A stretch of DNA of 64,000 bases, taken from assembly GCF_009914755.1 (NCBI RefSeq), contig NC_060944.1. One strand, given 5' to 3'. The notes beneath the pieces are model-generated. The model ran no database searches and had not been told where the DNA came from. It saw nothing but the letters and a program-made list of their open reading frames with translations. Made by a program: the position numbers and the translations under genes. This document shows positions 10,931 to 24,107 of this stretch, in pieces. Source of the DNA: the human T2T-CHM13v2.0 reference genome, Homo sapiens. Within the stretch, counting starts at the first letter, position 1, and each line of letters starts with the position of its first letter.

Positions 10931-13526
10931 CTGCAACCAGGGGAGGGGGAAGGAGGAAGCGACAGAGGCAGGGCAGAGGTGAGGAGCCAGCGTCAGGAAC
11001 CAGCCTCCCAGAGGAGAGGAAGGAAGGGGACGGGGCATGAGGGGGGCTTCTGACCATCCCAGGTCCCAGACCAAGCCGTCCCAGGCCAAGCCGTCTCTGA
11101 TCTCCTAGATAATTTCACTAAGGTGGTTCAGAGAAAGCAGTCACTGGGGAGCTGGGTGGCGGGGGCAGTTAGGGAATTCCCTATCACACCTCTGAATGGA
11201 GACAGACACACACCTCCCAAGGACACGTCTCCCCTACACGCCCTCCCTAGACAGCTCCTGCAGGCCAGGAAGTCAGGGCTTGCAGCGCACACAGCCATGC
11301 TGTCCACCCCAGCACTGCTGGGTGAGAGTCCTGATTCTGTCCCTTCCCAGTGCTGCTACCCAGGGTGGCAGCTTCCCCTCTCTGAGATTTAAGTTCCCTT
11401 GTCTTGAGAGAGGGGATAGAAACAGGTACCTCACAGGACACATGAAGAGATTCAACAATATGCATATATGCAGTGCTAGGCACTCACGCTTTAAACATAT
11501 GTATGCCTCTGTTGTCCTCTAGTGGGCCCCTGGTCAGTGGGCCCCAGTATCACCTCTCTAGGACAGTAGGGGCAGACAGCTCTGCCATTAAAATGGTCAT
11601 CATCCAGAGAAGCCACTGCTGCAGGGCCAGGAGACTTCATCTTAGGCTTTAGGTCATTCCCCCTTCCAAGAATCCACCACTCTGGTTGCTTCCGCTTCCA
11701 GCTGCTGACGCTTGAACTCAACCCCAGCCTCTCGCACGTGTCTTGGCTCTGGATTCCCACCTGCCCTGCCATCTCTTCCCTAAAGCCCACTCCTCCCTTA
11801 CAGTGACTCCATTTCTGCCCCCAGTGCCACCCCTCTGCCCACCTCCTGGGTTGAAAATCTCAACAGAACCTCTGGTTGGCTCTTGGGCCATCGGCCACAC
11901 CAAACAGTCTGCTCAAGGCCCAGCTCCTGCTCTTCCTTTCCCGGCCTTCAGCACTCTGCCCTCCCTGTATCACATAACAGGCTGGCTTACTCCAGGGTTA
12001 GCCGTGTGCCTGGGCTTCCTCACCAAACCATGAGCTGGCTCCTCGAGGGCAGGACTGGGTCTTATTAATCGTTGCTTTCCCAAGAGTACATGGAGCAGCA
12101 GGTGCTCAAAAGGTTTGCTGATAGAACTGGGTCCCCACCAAAGCTCCCTGCTTTCCCAAGAACCCCTTCACGGTTTTTCCACTGCCTCTCACTGGGGCCA
12201 CATGGGACCTCTTGTAGGGACAATGGTTGTGGCAGCCCCTTCCTAGAGGGCCCTCGGAGAAGTCCCAGTGTGTCTTGTTGGGGCTTCTGGCACAAGCCCA
12301 CCATGGCAGATGGAAATGTTGGGCAGGTCTCTCAGAAAACACAGCATTTGCTTTGCGAATTGCTACTCCCGTCTGAGGGTGAGTCCAGTCAACAGAGTAT
12401 CAGAATTCTCTGTGAGTGGGGCCCTCTGGCCATGCCGTGCCCTCTCCCTGGCTCTAGCAGATTTGAAGAGTGGTCAAACAGAAGTCCTGGCTCCTGGGAT
12501 TCTCTACCCTGTGGGTCTGCAGAGCCCCAGTATGTGGTTTTTCCAGCAGTTAACAAGCTAGTCCTATGGGCCCTGTCTTCTCAAGAGCTGAAGTCCAGCC
12601 TTGCCTTTCCTGGTTGTTGAAGACCATGAATACAAGTGAACAAGAGAGTAACTGTGGCGTGACACCCCTTCAGCTCCAGGGGCCAGGCCATGAAGCAAAG
12701 GTGTGACTCATGGCACAGCCTGAGCTGTCTGAGGCAGCTGAGGCCTCAGTGGTCACATGAATCACACAGCTTGGGGCCCTAGGGCAGCTGTGCAGGCTGA
12801 CTCACTGGGAGGCCCTGGAAGAGCCTCTATGTCCTCTTCGCTGCCAGTCAGCTCACTCATCTATCAAGTATGAGTTTCCCATCAATACAGGATCTGAGGG
12901 CAGGGAGGTCAAGGAATTAATTCCCCGGGGCTTGAGGACAGCTATGTGGGTAAGCAGCCCCCACTGCGGAGCTTTCTCGTAGAAGCTTTGATGTCGGGGA
13001 GCCCTGGGGAGCCAGAGGGGTGAGAAACTGAAGTGGGGGGACTCTACTTGACTGTGGAGAGCATCTAGCAGGAAGAGGCTGTCTGTGAAATGCTGCCTGC
13101 TGCCCAGTTTTGCTGGAAGTCAGGAGCAGGAAACAAATCCAAGTGGGTAGAGAAGGGGTCCACAGTGGGCAGCTGCTACTACACCACGTGCTCATATCTG
13201 CCAGGACTCTGTGGGCCCAGCTGCTAGCATAGCACTGGGCGCACAGTAGGCAATGAGGTGCACAGTGAATGAATGACTCAAAGTTCCTGAGGGCAGGAGA
13301 CTACTCGATGCCTCTTTCTCTCTCTCTTCCCATTTCCCGCTCCCTGGCCCAGTTCATGGTTGGACATACAGAAGGCGCTCCTTCTTCAGCGTCTAGTGCT
13401 GATGTGATCTGGTCAGAATTCTCTCAGGCTGGTCCTTGGTAACTCCACCTCTCATGATCCCCTGAAAGCCCAAGAGGAGGACCCACTGTTGCCAGGACTT
13501 GGGAGGGGAGGGAAAGGGTCACTCAC

Positions 13527-13640
13527 CTGTTTCCTCACATACTCTACCAGCAATTCAAGATGTCGAGGGTCTTCACATTTCCGGTTGAAGAAGGTTCTCC
13601 AGAGGGCAGCGGCCAGCCCATGATCATCTGAAAGGATCCC
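13527..13640 (-). CDS. UQCC1: UQCC1 coding exon (probably exon 9), 114 bp: [38 protein letters not shown]
   Basis: Within ORF 13452..13730; acceptor atgttccag|GGG, donor CAG|gtgagt; Cbp3-family LAAALWR motif. Confidence 0.97.
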
Positions 13641-13969
13641 CTGGAACATACAGCACAGCAGTGGTCTCCTGAGGGATCCACAGAGCCAGGACACAGACGG
13701 TGGGGATACTATGAACATGCTAGCAACCATGGAATCAGCTCAGAAGGGCCCTCCACGCACAAGAGGAAAATGGGGCAGTCACACAGTAGAGGTGGAAGGG
13801 GTCTTACAAGGGTATCTGGCCCAATCCCTTCATTTTATTACATACAGAGGGAGAACAGGGGGTCCAGAGGGGCCAAGCCACCAGTTAGGTGATGCAGAGC
13901 TGGGACTCAGGCAGTACTCCGTACTGCGCCTGGCCCAGGCAACACTTGAGAGGCTGAGAAGAGAAACAG

Positions 13970-14023
13970 TAGCAGCAATGCTCCCCCTGCTGTCCATAGC
14001 AGCAATGCTCCCCCTGCTGTCCA
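13970..14023. repeat. Perfect 27-bp tandem duplication; each copy carries a minus-strand CTCF-like motif
   Basis: tagcagcaatgctccccctgctgtcca x2; reverse complement contains TGGACAGCAGGGGGAGCA. Confidence 0.9.
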
Positions 14024-14689
14024 CAGGGCACGGGCTGGGAATATTGTGAATGTATGTTTCTCCCAGGAATGGAGGTGGGCATGGACTGTGCCTTCTTGCT
14101 TGGTCCAAGGACCAAGGCAAGGCAACTGGTCCTTGGGGGAAGGGAGCCAGCTACCTTGTCTTCACTCTTACCCAACTCTGGGCCCAGCCTCTCCCTAAGT
14201 AGGGGAACAGGATGTTCAGCAGGATTGCTGGGGCCACAGAGGGCCAGGCTCAGAGCTTGCATGTGTGTGTGTGCCTAACGCTGCCTCTTTTGGCAGAGGA
14301 GACTTCTGTTGGGAAGCTTAAAGATTACAGAGCAAAATAAGAGCCCCAGCCACCAGCTAAGGACATTTTCTAGCTTGGACCTCTAGAGGAGGGAGGGCTG
14401 AGAGTCTTGCTTCCTGGGGTGAAGGTGGCTGATGGAACAGGCCCTGAGAAGTTGCTCTGTCCAGGTGCCAAGGTAGTGTGTGGAATCGATGTGCTGACTT
14501 GGAGTTAGAAGGGAGATCAAGTCCTAATTCCACCTCTGCCAAGATCAGTGATGGTGGCAGCTGACTAAACCAAAGTCTCAATCTTCTACTTCTTCAAAAC
14601 AGATGAAGTTACCTGCTCTACTTATAGCATTCTTGAACTATTTGTTAAGTGTAATCTGTTGGATACAAAGATTAGGAGCATGCTTTGGC

Positions 14690-14910
14690 AGACAGCGGGG
14701 ATACAGTCAAAACCGTGGGGTCTGGGAGCCAGAGCACAGAGTTCGAATGCCAGCTGTGTCACTTGATGGCCATGCGGCCTTTAAGAAGCTATTAGCCATT
14801 CCTGAGCCTCAGTTTTTCATGAGTCAAACAAGCCTAATAATACCTATCCCACAGAGTTGCTGTGAGAATTAAGAGATACTGGCCATGAATGGCTCTGTAA
14901 GTGGTAAACA
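14690..14910 (+). mobile_element. MIR
   Basis: ctgagcctcagtttttcat...aataatacctatcccacagagttgctgtgagaattaa core. Confidence 0.7.
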
Positions 14911-15567
14911 TTACCCAAAGACCCAGGATCACTTTATTCGACATTTTATTGTGGTCTGTCCTCTTGGGCATTGTGGTATGTGAGGTCTGGCTCCAGGCCT
15001 GCTGCCAACAAGGGCCATGTCCAGTATGGGGTGCTGACAGTTTGGTAGAAAAACATTCCACCTGTTCCAAATGCTCTCTGATAAACCCTCCTTACGGTTC
15101 CACAGCTTAGGACTGTCCTGGCACAATGGCTGAGTCAGGAAAACTGGCTTTTTCTGGCACATGGGGACAGGAGCAGAGGACAAGCTCAGGCACATCACCC
15201 TTCTGCAAACGATTTGCTAGCACAACAGCGTGCCTGTGTCTGCTGTGCCTGGGCACATGCCAGAGCGCTGCTGGCAGCAACCCACATGTGCTGTGCAGAA
15301 AGGAATGGGATTGGGAGCGCGTGTTATGGGGACCTGGAGAATGGGCAGAGCCCAGGATGGGAAAACAGGCAACTTTAGCAGCGGGTGAGATGGCTGGGAA
15401 GGGGCAAATTCATAATCAGGAATTCCTGAGCCATCAGAAGGAAAAGGATGACTCAGGACCCACTAATAGTGAGAACAACCCAACTGTTTCAGACTGTTAG
15501 GGTTCCCTCACACGCCTAGCTCCTAATGATTATGTTTGCCAAGTAGAATAGATATTATATTCCCATT

Positions 15568-15875
15568 TGCTTTGCTTTGTTTTGTTTTGTTTTGAGATGA
15601 AGTCTCACTCTGTCACCCAGGCTGAAGTGCAGTGGCATGATCTTGGCTCAATGCAACCTCTGCCTCCCAAGTTCAAGTGATTCTCTTGCCTCAGCCTCCC
15701 AAGTAGCTGGGACTACGGGCATGTGCCATCACACCCGGCTAATTTTTTGTATTTTTAGTAGAGACAGGGTTTCACCATGTTGGCCAGGGTGGTCTCGAAC
15801 TCCTGACCTCAAGTGATCTGCCTGCTTCGGCCTCCCAAGTGCTGGGATTACAGGCGTGAGCCACCGCACCTGGCC
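15568..15875 (-). mobile_element. Alu (AluS-like)
   Basis: Reverse dimer; tatatYcccatttg on both flanks. Confidence 0.95.
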
Positions 15876-16040
15876 TATATCCCCATTTGAAAGATAAGTA
15901 AACTGAGGCTTAGAGGCTAGCTAACTGATGGCTGAACTAGAACCAGCATGCATTGATGAGGTGGGGGATGATGACTGACCCACTCTAGTCAGAATACAGA
16001 ACCTGGCATAGAGTGGGAGAGCAATCAGAATGGCTGAATA

Positions 16041-16307
16041 CCCAGCACTTTGGGAGTCCAAGCTGGGTGGATCACTTGAGCCCAGGAGTTCAAGACCAGC
16101 CTGGACAACATGGCGAAACTGTTTCCACAAAAAAATATAAAAATTAGCCAGGCATGGTGGCACACAAGTGTAGTCCCAGCTACTCGGGAGGATGAGGTGG
16201 GATGATCACCTGGGCCTGGGGAGGTTGAGGATACAGTGAGCTGTGATCACACTGCTGCACTCCAGCCTGGGCAACAGAGTGAGACCCTGTCTTAGGAAAA
16301 AAAAAAA
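16041..16307 (+). mobile_element. 5'-truncated Alu (AluJ-like) with target-site duplication
   Basis: Starts at cccagcactttggg; agaatRgctgaata on both sides. Confidence 0.9.
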
Positions 16308-16839
16308 GAATAGCTGAATAAATCAACGAACACAACTTCAGCCTTCTTCCCACCACACTGCTAGTGTAAGGCAGTGAAAACAAATGAGAGACTAATCTGA
16401 GGGTGCACATTTCAAACTAAGAAAGCAGAACTGGAAGAAGGGTCCTGGGAACCAAACATGAGGGCACAGCATAATTTCCCCCCAATCTAATCGGGTGCCT
16501 ACTTGTTTTCCCTCGTGACACAATGAAGCATCCTTCAGAAATTAAGACACCTAGGTCTAGAGTAACTGAGAGGAAGCCAAGGGGATTGTTTCAGCTTTGG
16601 AGGGTTCTAGTTCTGATTAAGGGTTTAAAGTGGCAGAGTTCCACTCAGTGAAGATTGATTTGACATCACTATGTGCTCAGCATGATGCTAGGAACACAAG
16701 AGTCACAGCAATATGGTCTGAGCTCTCAGGGAACTTGCAATCTAGCTGAAGGGACAAAATCAGTGCACATCTAACAGCAGCACAGAGTAAAATCCCGGAG
16801 AATGAACACATGCCAAGCTGCACAGTGAGACTCAGCTAC

Positions 16840-17130
16840 ACTCTACATGGCTGCCTCCTTGTTCTACAGTCTTAGCTTTTATGACAACTCCTCAGAGAGA
16901 TCTTCCTGGTCCACATCAAGTCATTCCCCCTGTTGTTCTCTCTCACTGCACTCTACTGTAGTTAGATATTTACTGCTTATCTGCTACTTGTTTACTATGT
17001 CTCTCAATTAGAAGGTAAGCTCTAGTGGGAAAGAGCCAGACCGTGTTTGTTTTATTCACCAATATATTCCCATGTATCACACATGGTAGACACTCAAAAG
17101 CTACCTGTTAAATGGATAATGAATAGATGG
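16840..17130 (+). mobile_element. L2 3' end remnant
   Basis: gtaagctc...ttcacc...acatggtagacactcaa...tgttaaatggataatgaat. Confidence 0.65.
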
Positions 17131-17224
17131 ATGGGTGTGGAAATTCACAGTAAAAACACAAGCGATCCAGAGAGGTCAGGGAAACCTTTCTGAAGAAGTA
17201 GGCCTTTAAGAATTGGGAGGATTT

Positions 17225-17867
<643 letters not shown>

Positions 17868-18236
17868 AGCTGCAGATTATTCTAAGCAAGAGAAAATATT
17901 CAAAATATTTACAGAGGGAGTGCCTACAAGGTACACCAGGCCCTGAACCAGACCCTAAAGCTGACCAAGACTCAGCTACTGCCCTCAACCCCTCATTGTT
18001 AGGTAGAGTCTCAGTCAGGCACAGCATGTCTATAGGGCAGTAAGGCAAACGGCCTAAGAGAGAGCACAAGAAATATAAAGGCAGATAGGGCACATAGCAA
18101 TGGCAACAGTTCACAGAAGGCCTGGAAGTTCAGGGAGCAATTTGGACCTAATGTCACAGAAAACAGGGAGGTTCCCAAAGCGTCCAGGGAGGGGGAACAA
18201 TCCAAGCAAGATTCTAGGAAAAGGTTGCTGTAGAAC

Positions 18237-18400
18237 AGCGCTGTCCAATAGAACTTTTTGTGACTATGGAACTGTTCTGTATCTGCACTGTCCAAGATGG
18301 TAGTCACATATAGTAACTGAGTACCTGAGGATCTGAATTTTCCATTTTATTTAATTAATTTAAATTAAAATAGCTGCATGTGTTTAGTATCAAATAGCTC
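18237..18400. mobile_element. MER3 (hAT-Charlie MITE)
   Basis: cagcgctgtccaatagaactttttgtgactatggaactgttctgtatctgcactgtccaa. Confidence 0.75.
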
Positions 18401-18409
18401 TAGCACCTT

Positions 18410-18860
18410 GTGACTCCAAGTGTGGTCTGCAAAATGGCTGCACCCCCATCACGTGCAGCTGTTAGCAATGCAGAATCTCAGGCCCCGCCCCAGACTTGCT
18501 GAGTCAGAATCTGAATTGTACCTAGGTCCTCTAGGTGACTCACATGCACATTAAAATACAGGAAAAACTTCTAGAATTGCACATTAAAATCACCTGGGAA
18601 CTTTTACAACTACAGATGTCCACCTCCACCAATTAAATCAGAATCTTTGGGGGACAGGGCCCAGACACTGATATTTCTAAAAAGTGTCCCAGGTAATTAG
18701 TATATTTCCCCAAAATTTCCTGCTCTTAAAAGTCACCTTCGGGTGACTTGTTGAACCACCAGGCAGCACTCCTACTGAATTGTAATCTTCAGAGAGGTGA
18801 TAAAGATTTAGATTTTAAAAGCACCCCAGGTGACTCCTGTGGTCAGGCACAGTTGGGTAA
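18410..18860. mobile_element. Cluster of MER5A/MER5B fragments
   Basis: aatgcagaatctcaggccccgccccagacttgctgagtcagaatctg; cacattaaaatcacctggg. Confidence 0.7.
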
Positions 18861-19228
18861 AATGGCTCTGCCAGAATGGACTGGATGGGGGACCGGAAAC
18901 AAACACAATTCGGTACATTTTTATTAATACTGATGAAAGGATCGACTGAGCCAATAGAGCCACCTGCAATAAAGACCATAAACAAAGGCTCACAGAGAGG
19001 TGTAGTTCTTCACTCCTAAGCCTCATCCTTTTCTATATTGTAAGGCTTCTACAATTACAATTCGTCCACTTTTATAATTGATATGTACACTTGAGCAATA
19101 ATTCTCAATTCCCAACCCATAACCCCCGAAAGCTCATGTTAAGTTAATGATGTGTATAGTATGCAATGTAAATGCTCCCTTGTAATTCAGGATATCCAGT
19201 AGAATAGGAATCAGGAGACCCTATTTTA

Positions 19229-19269
19229 ACAAAAGTTAAGAAACTGAACTCCAGTTTCTTAACTTTTGT
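19229..19269. repeat. Perfect 18-bp inverted repeat with 5-nt loop
   Basis: acaaaagttaagaaactg-aactc-cagtttcttaacttttgt. Confidence 0.95.
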
Positions 19270-19628
19270 CCTTTTATGCATTTCTCACTCTTTGACTACC
19301 ACATGCCAAGCACTATGCCAGGCCACAGAAATGCAAACACAGTAGGCATTGCACTACCCAAAAAGAAATCCCCACCCAGCCAAGGTGACAGATAATGTGA
19401 ATGTAGTAAGCACTGTGAGAGTGCAGGGAGGATGGAATGAGCTGAGTCACAGGAAGTTCAGGAACCGCTTCCCAGGAGGGGTCATGCTTGCATTAAATCT
19501 GGAGGTAACCACAAAATCAGTATAAAAGCATATGGTTAGTTTAAAATATCAGGTGTTCATTACACCATTCTTTCTACATGCTTGAAATCTCCACAATAAA
19601 TGTTGGGGAGAAAAAAGATGAGATAGAT

Positions 19629-19954
19629 GAACCTCGAGGGCATTATGTTAAGTGAAATAAGTCAGTCACAAAAGGTCAAAAATTGTGTGATTCTACTTAT
19701 ATGAATTATCTACAGTAGTCAAATTCATAGAGACATAAAGTCAAATGAATGGTGGTTGCTAGGGGATATGAGGGAAGGAGGGAATAATTATTGTTCAATA
19801 GGGACAGAGTTTCAGTTTGGAAGATGGAAAAGCTCTGGAGATGAATGGTGGTGACGGTGCAAAGCAATGGGAATGTACTTTATGCTACTAAACTGTACAC
19901 TTAAAAATAGTTAAAATGGTACATTTTATGATATGTATATTTTACAATTTTTTT
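19629..19954 (+). mobile_element. 5'-truncated L1MA/MB 3' end
   Basis: cattatgttaagtgaaataagtcagtcacaaaagg...aaactgtacacttaaaaatagttaaaatggt; flanking duplication aaaagatgagatagat. Confidence 0.85.
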
Positions 19955-19964
19955 AAAAAGATGA

Positions 19965-20269
19965 GGCCAGGCGTGGTGGCTCACGCCTGTAATCCCAGCA
20001 CTTTGGGAGGCCGAGGCGGGCAGATCACAAGGTCAGGAGATCGAGACCATCCTGGCTAACACGGTGAAACCCTGTCTCTACTAAAAATACAAAAAATTAG
20101 CCGGGTGTGGTGGCAGGCGCCTGTAGTCCCAGCTACTCAGGAGGCTGAGGCAGAAGAATGGCGTGAACCTGGGAGGTGGAGCTTGTGGTAAGTAGAGATC
20201 GCGCCACTGCACTCCAGCCTGGGTGACAGAGCAAGACTCTGTCTAAAAAAAAAAAAAAAAAAAAAAAAA
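19965..20269 (+). mobile_element. AluY-like
   Basis: gagatcgagaccatcctggctaacacggtg, agaatggcgtgaacc; long A tail. Confidence 0.95.
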
Positions 20270-20472
20270 GATGAGATAGATCCAAATGTCCTGATGTGGA
20301 AGGACACCCAAGATACATACTTCAGTGAAAAAAGCAAGTTGCAGAATCATGTGTCTAGTGTAACTCCAGTTGCATAAAGAAGGAAAAGACAAAGGTGCTT
20401 GTCTATGCACAGACAACATTCGGAAGGACATCCAATAAACTAGAAATTAAGTTTTCGTCTGGAGCAGGGTAG

Positions 20473-21121
<649 letters not shown>

Positions 21122-21557
21122 AGTTTTACAAACTTTCAAAATGAATATGTATTGCTTTCATAATTAAAGCAAAAAAAAAAAAAAGTGTATACTTTGCCTG
21201 GCAGACCATGCTGTTTACGTGAATATCCTCCTCTCTCTGGGAGCACATGGGGCTAAGACAGTGTCTCATTTGCCTCTGTCCCTCCATCCAGCACCCAGCA
21301 GCCACTCAACAAATGCTGACTAGTTGAATGGTTTGACCATATTATATACTGCTTTCTTTCCCAAACATGTGGCATGTTTCCCAAACATGCTCAGCACATT
21401 CATTCTCGCTGCCCAGTTGATGAATATGAAGAAATAAATACTACGCCATGGTGGTAGCCAGTAACAATGGTCCCTGTGGCTTCCCTCAGAGGCTCTCATC
21501 AAAAGCCTTTGCTGGGGGAGGCCACCGTCCTGCCTAAGCCTTGGCAAACAATCTTAC

Positions 21558-21635
21558 CTCATCATATCCCAAGATCGCTGCATAGAAATGATTTGTCATG
21601 AGGATCATGTTCTTCTTCAGGATATAGGGATTAAC
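21558..21635 (-). CDS. UQCC1: UQCC1 coding exon (probably exon 8), 78 bp: VNPYILKKNMILMTNHFYAAILGYDE
   Basis: Translated by hand (not in the ORF track); long U-rich acceptor ...tttgtttctgtag|GTT, donor GAG|gtaaga; phase 0-0. Confidence 0.96.
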
Positions 21636-22466
21636 CTACAGAAACAAATGGCAAAAACAAAAGTTTGAAAGAAAGAAAGAAAAAAACCCAAAAAGTATGA
21701 TCTTTGACTCTTAGCTGTCACAGACTCTTAGTAGAAGAGAGACGGCCACTAACAAGTCAAGCTGCCAGTCCATTCTCAATTCCCTGATGTGTCAGGATTC
21801 TCCCCAATTTGCCAAATTCTTTTAGGTTTTGATCTCAAATTACACAAGTCAGCTTAATGAACTGAGCCCCAACCACATGTTTAGTTTTGTGCTAGATCCT
21901 ATGAACCAAGTATAAGAAACAGTTTCTTGATTGGAGGAGCACAGTCCAATGTAGGAAAATAGGCATATAAAAAATAATTATACTGCAACATGTTGCCTCA
22001 AATCCTATTCTAAACATGCTGAGTGATAAATGGGTTTTAGTTTTACCTGCTTGAGGGAGCTGGTAAGGGCTCTCTAGGAGGTAACATTTAAGTGAAACTT
22101 GGAGGAGGAGGAGTTTGACAGAGGAGAGTGAGGGGGAGGAGGGAGAGAGAGCATTCTAGACAGAGCAAGGTGTGCAAAGGTGCAGAGGCTGGAAAGAAAA
22201 TGGCGCAGGGAGGGTGTCAGGGAGGGTGAATAGGCAGGATCACAAGAAAGTTATGTTGAGACTAGGTTAGGAGACATCTTAAGGGCCACTCAAAAGAGTT
22301 TGTCGTGATGAAAAAACAGAGAAGGAAGTGGTCAGAGGTGGGAAGAGGAGGGAGAGAGGCAGGACTCTGAGAGACATGCTGAGGAAAAAGGGGGGCCTCT
22401 GAGGCCATGGAAAGGAGGGAAGAACAAAGCAGGGGCAGCTCTGAAGCAAGAAGAATGTTAAAGTTA

Positions 22467-22769
<303 letters not shown>

Positions 22770-23490
22770 TCAGAGACTGTTTTAGAAATGCAATTCTGGT
22801 GAGATGGTTGAGAGCCCAGTAGAACTCCTCTCTCCTCTTGGGGAACAGCCTGGCCTGGAGGATCTTCAGGGCCCAGAGTGCAGTTCGCTGAATGCCTTCA
22901 ATAGGGTACAACTCTGACCTCCAGACAGTAACACGCTGTAAGGCAGGGTCCACGTTTTATTCCTCTTCAGGATCCCAGCAGAAAGCCAGTGCAATGTATA
23001 GCACAGAGTAAGGACTCTGACTATCTGAACTGATGGTTTTGGAAATAGCCAAAAGGCATTTGGAACTTTATGTGGAGAACAAGATTTGTGCTTAACAACT
23101 CTGACGGTGACCATGCCCACAGTCATCTCATTTACGAAGCACCTGTCATGGGCTGGGAGGTAGATGTGTTACAGTCACTCAGACTGTAAGTGACTGTGTG
23201 AGAGACTCAGACTGGTGAAGTGATGCCTTGTGTCACACAGCAAATTCATGATAAAGCTGAGATCAGCATCCAGGTCAGTCTGAATCCAGAGTCCACACTC
23301 CTTACAGTCTGCCAGGGTTCTGCTTCTGGGAGGATAATTTTACTTTGGGTCACAAATCAAAGACTGAGTGATTTTATCCTGTGGCTCATAACTAGTCTCG
23401 GAAGAAATGTAGAAAGGGTGATCTGGATTTAGACTCAGAAAACCTGGGTTCAAGTGATAGTTTTGCTATGTACACAGGATGTTATCTTAA

Positions 23491-23807
<317 letters not shown>

Positions 23808-23809
23808 CA

Positions 23810-24107
<298 letters not shown>

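Noticed and set aside
11513-11526. Other CTCF-like strings (11513 minus, 27475, 33921, 39436, ~40535 minus)
   Set aside because: Each mismatches at high-information core positions; not supportable without ChIP data.
12072-12620. 182-aa plus-strand ORF in the last intron
   Set aside because: Non-ATG start, composition typical of GC-rich non-coding DNA, no recognisable homology.
14105-14136. 10-bp inverted repeat (also an 8-bp one near 51375)
   Set aside because: Too short to separate from chance.
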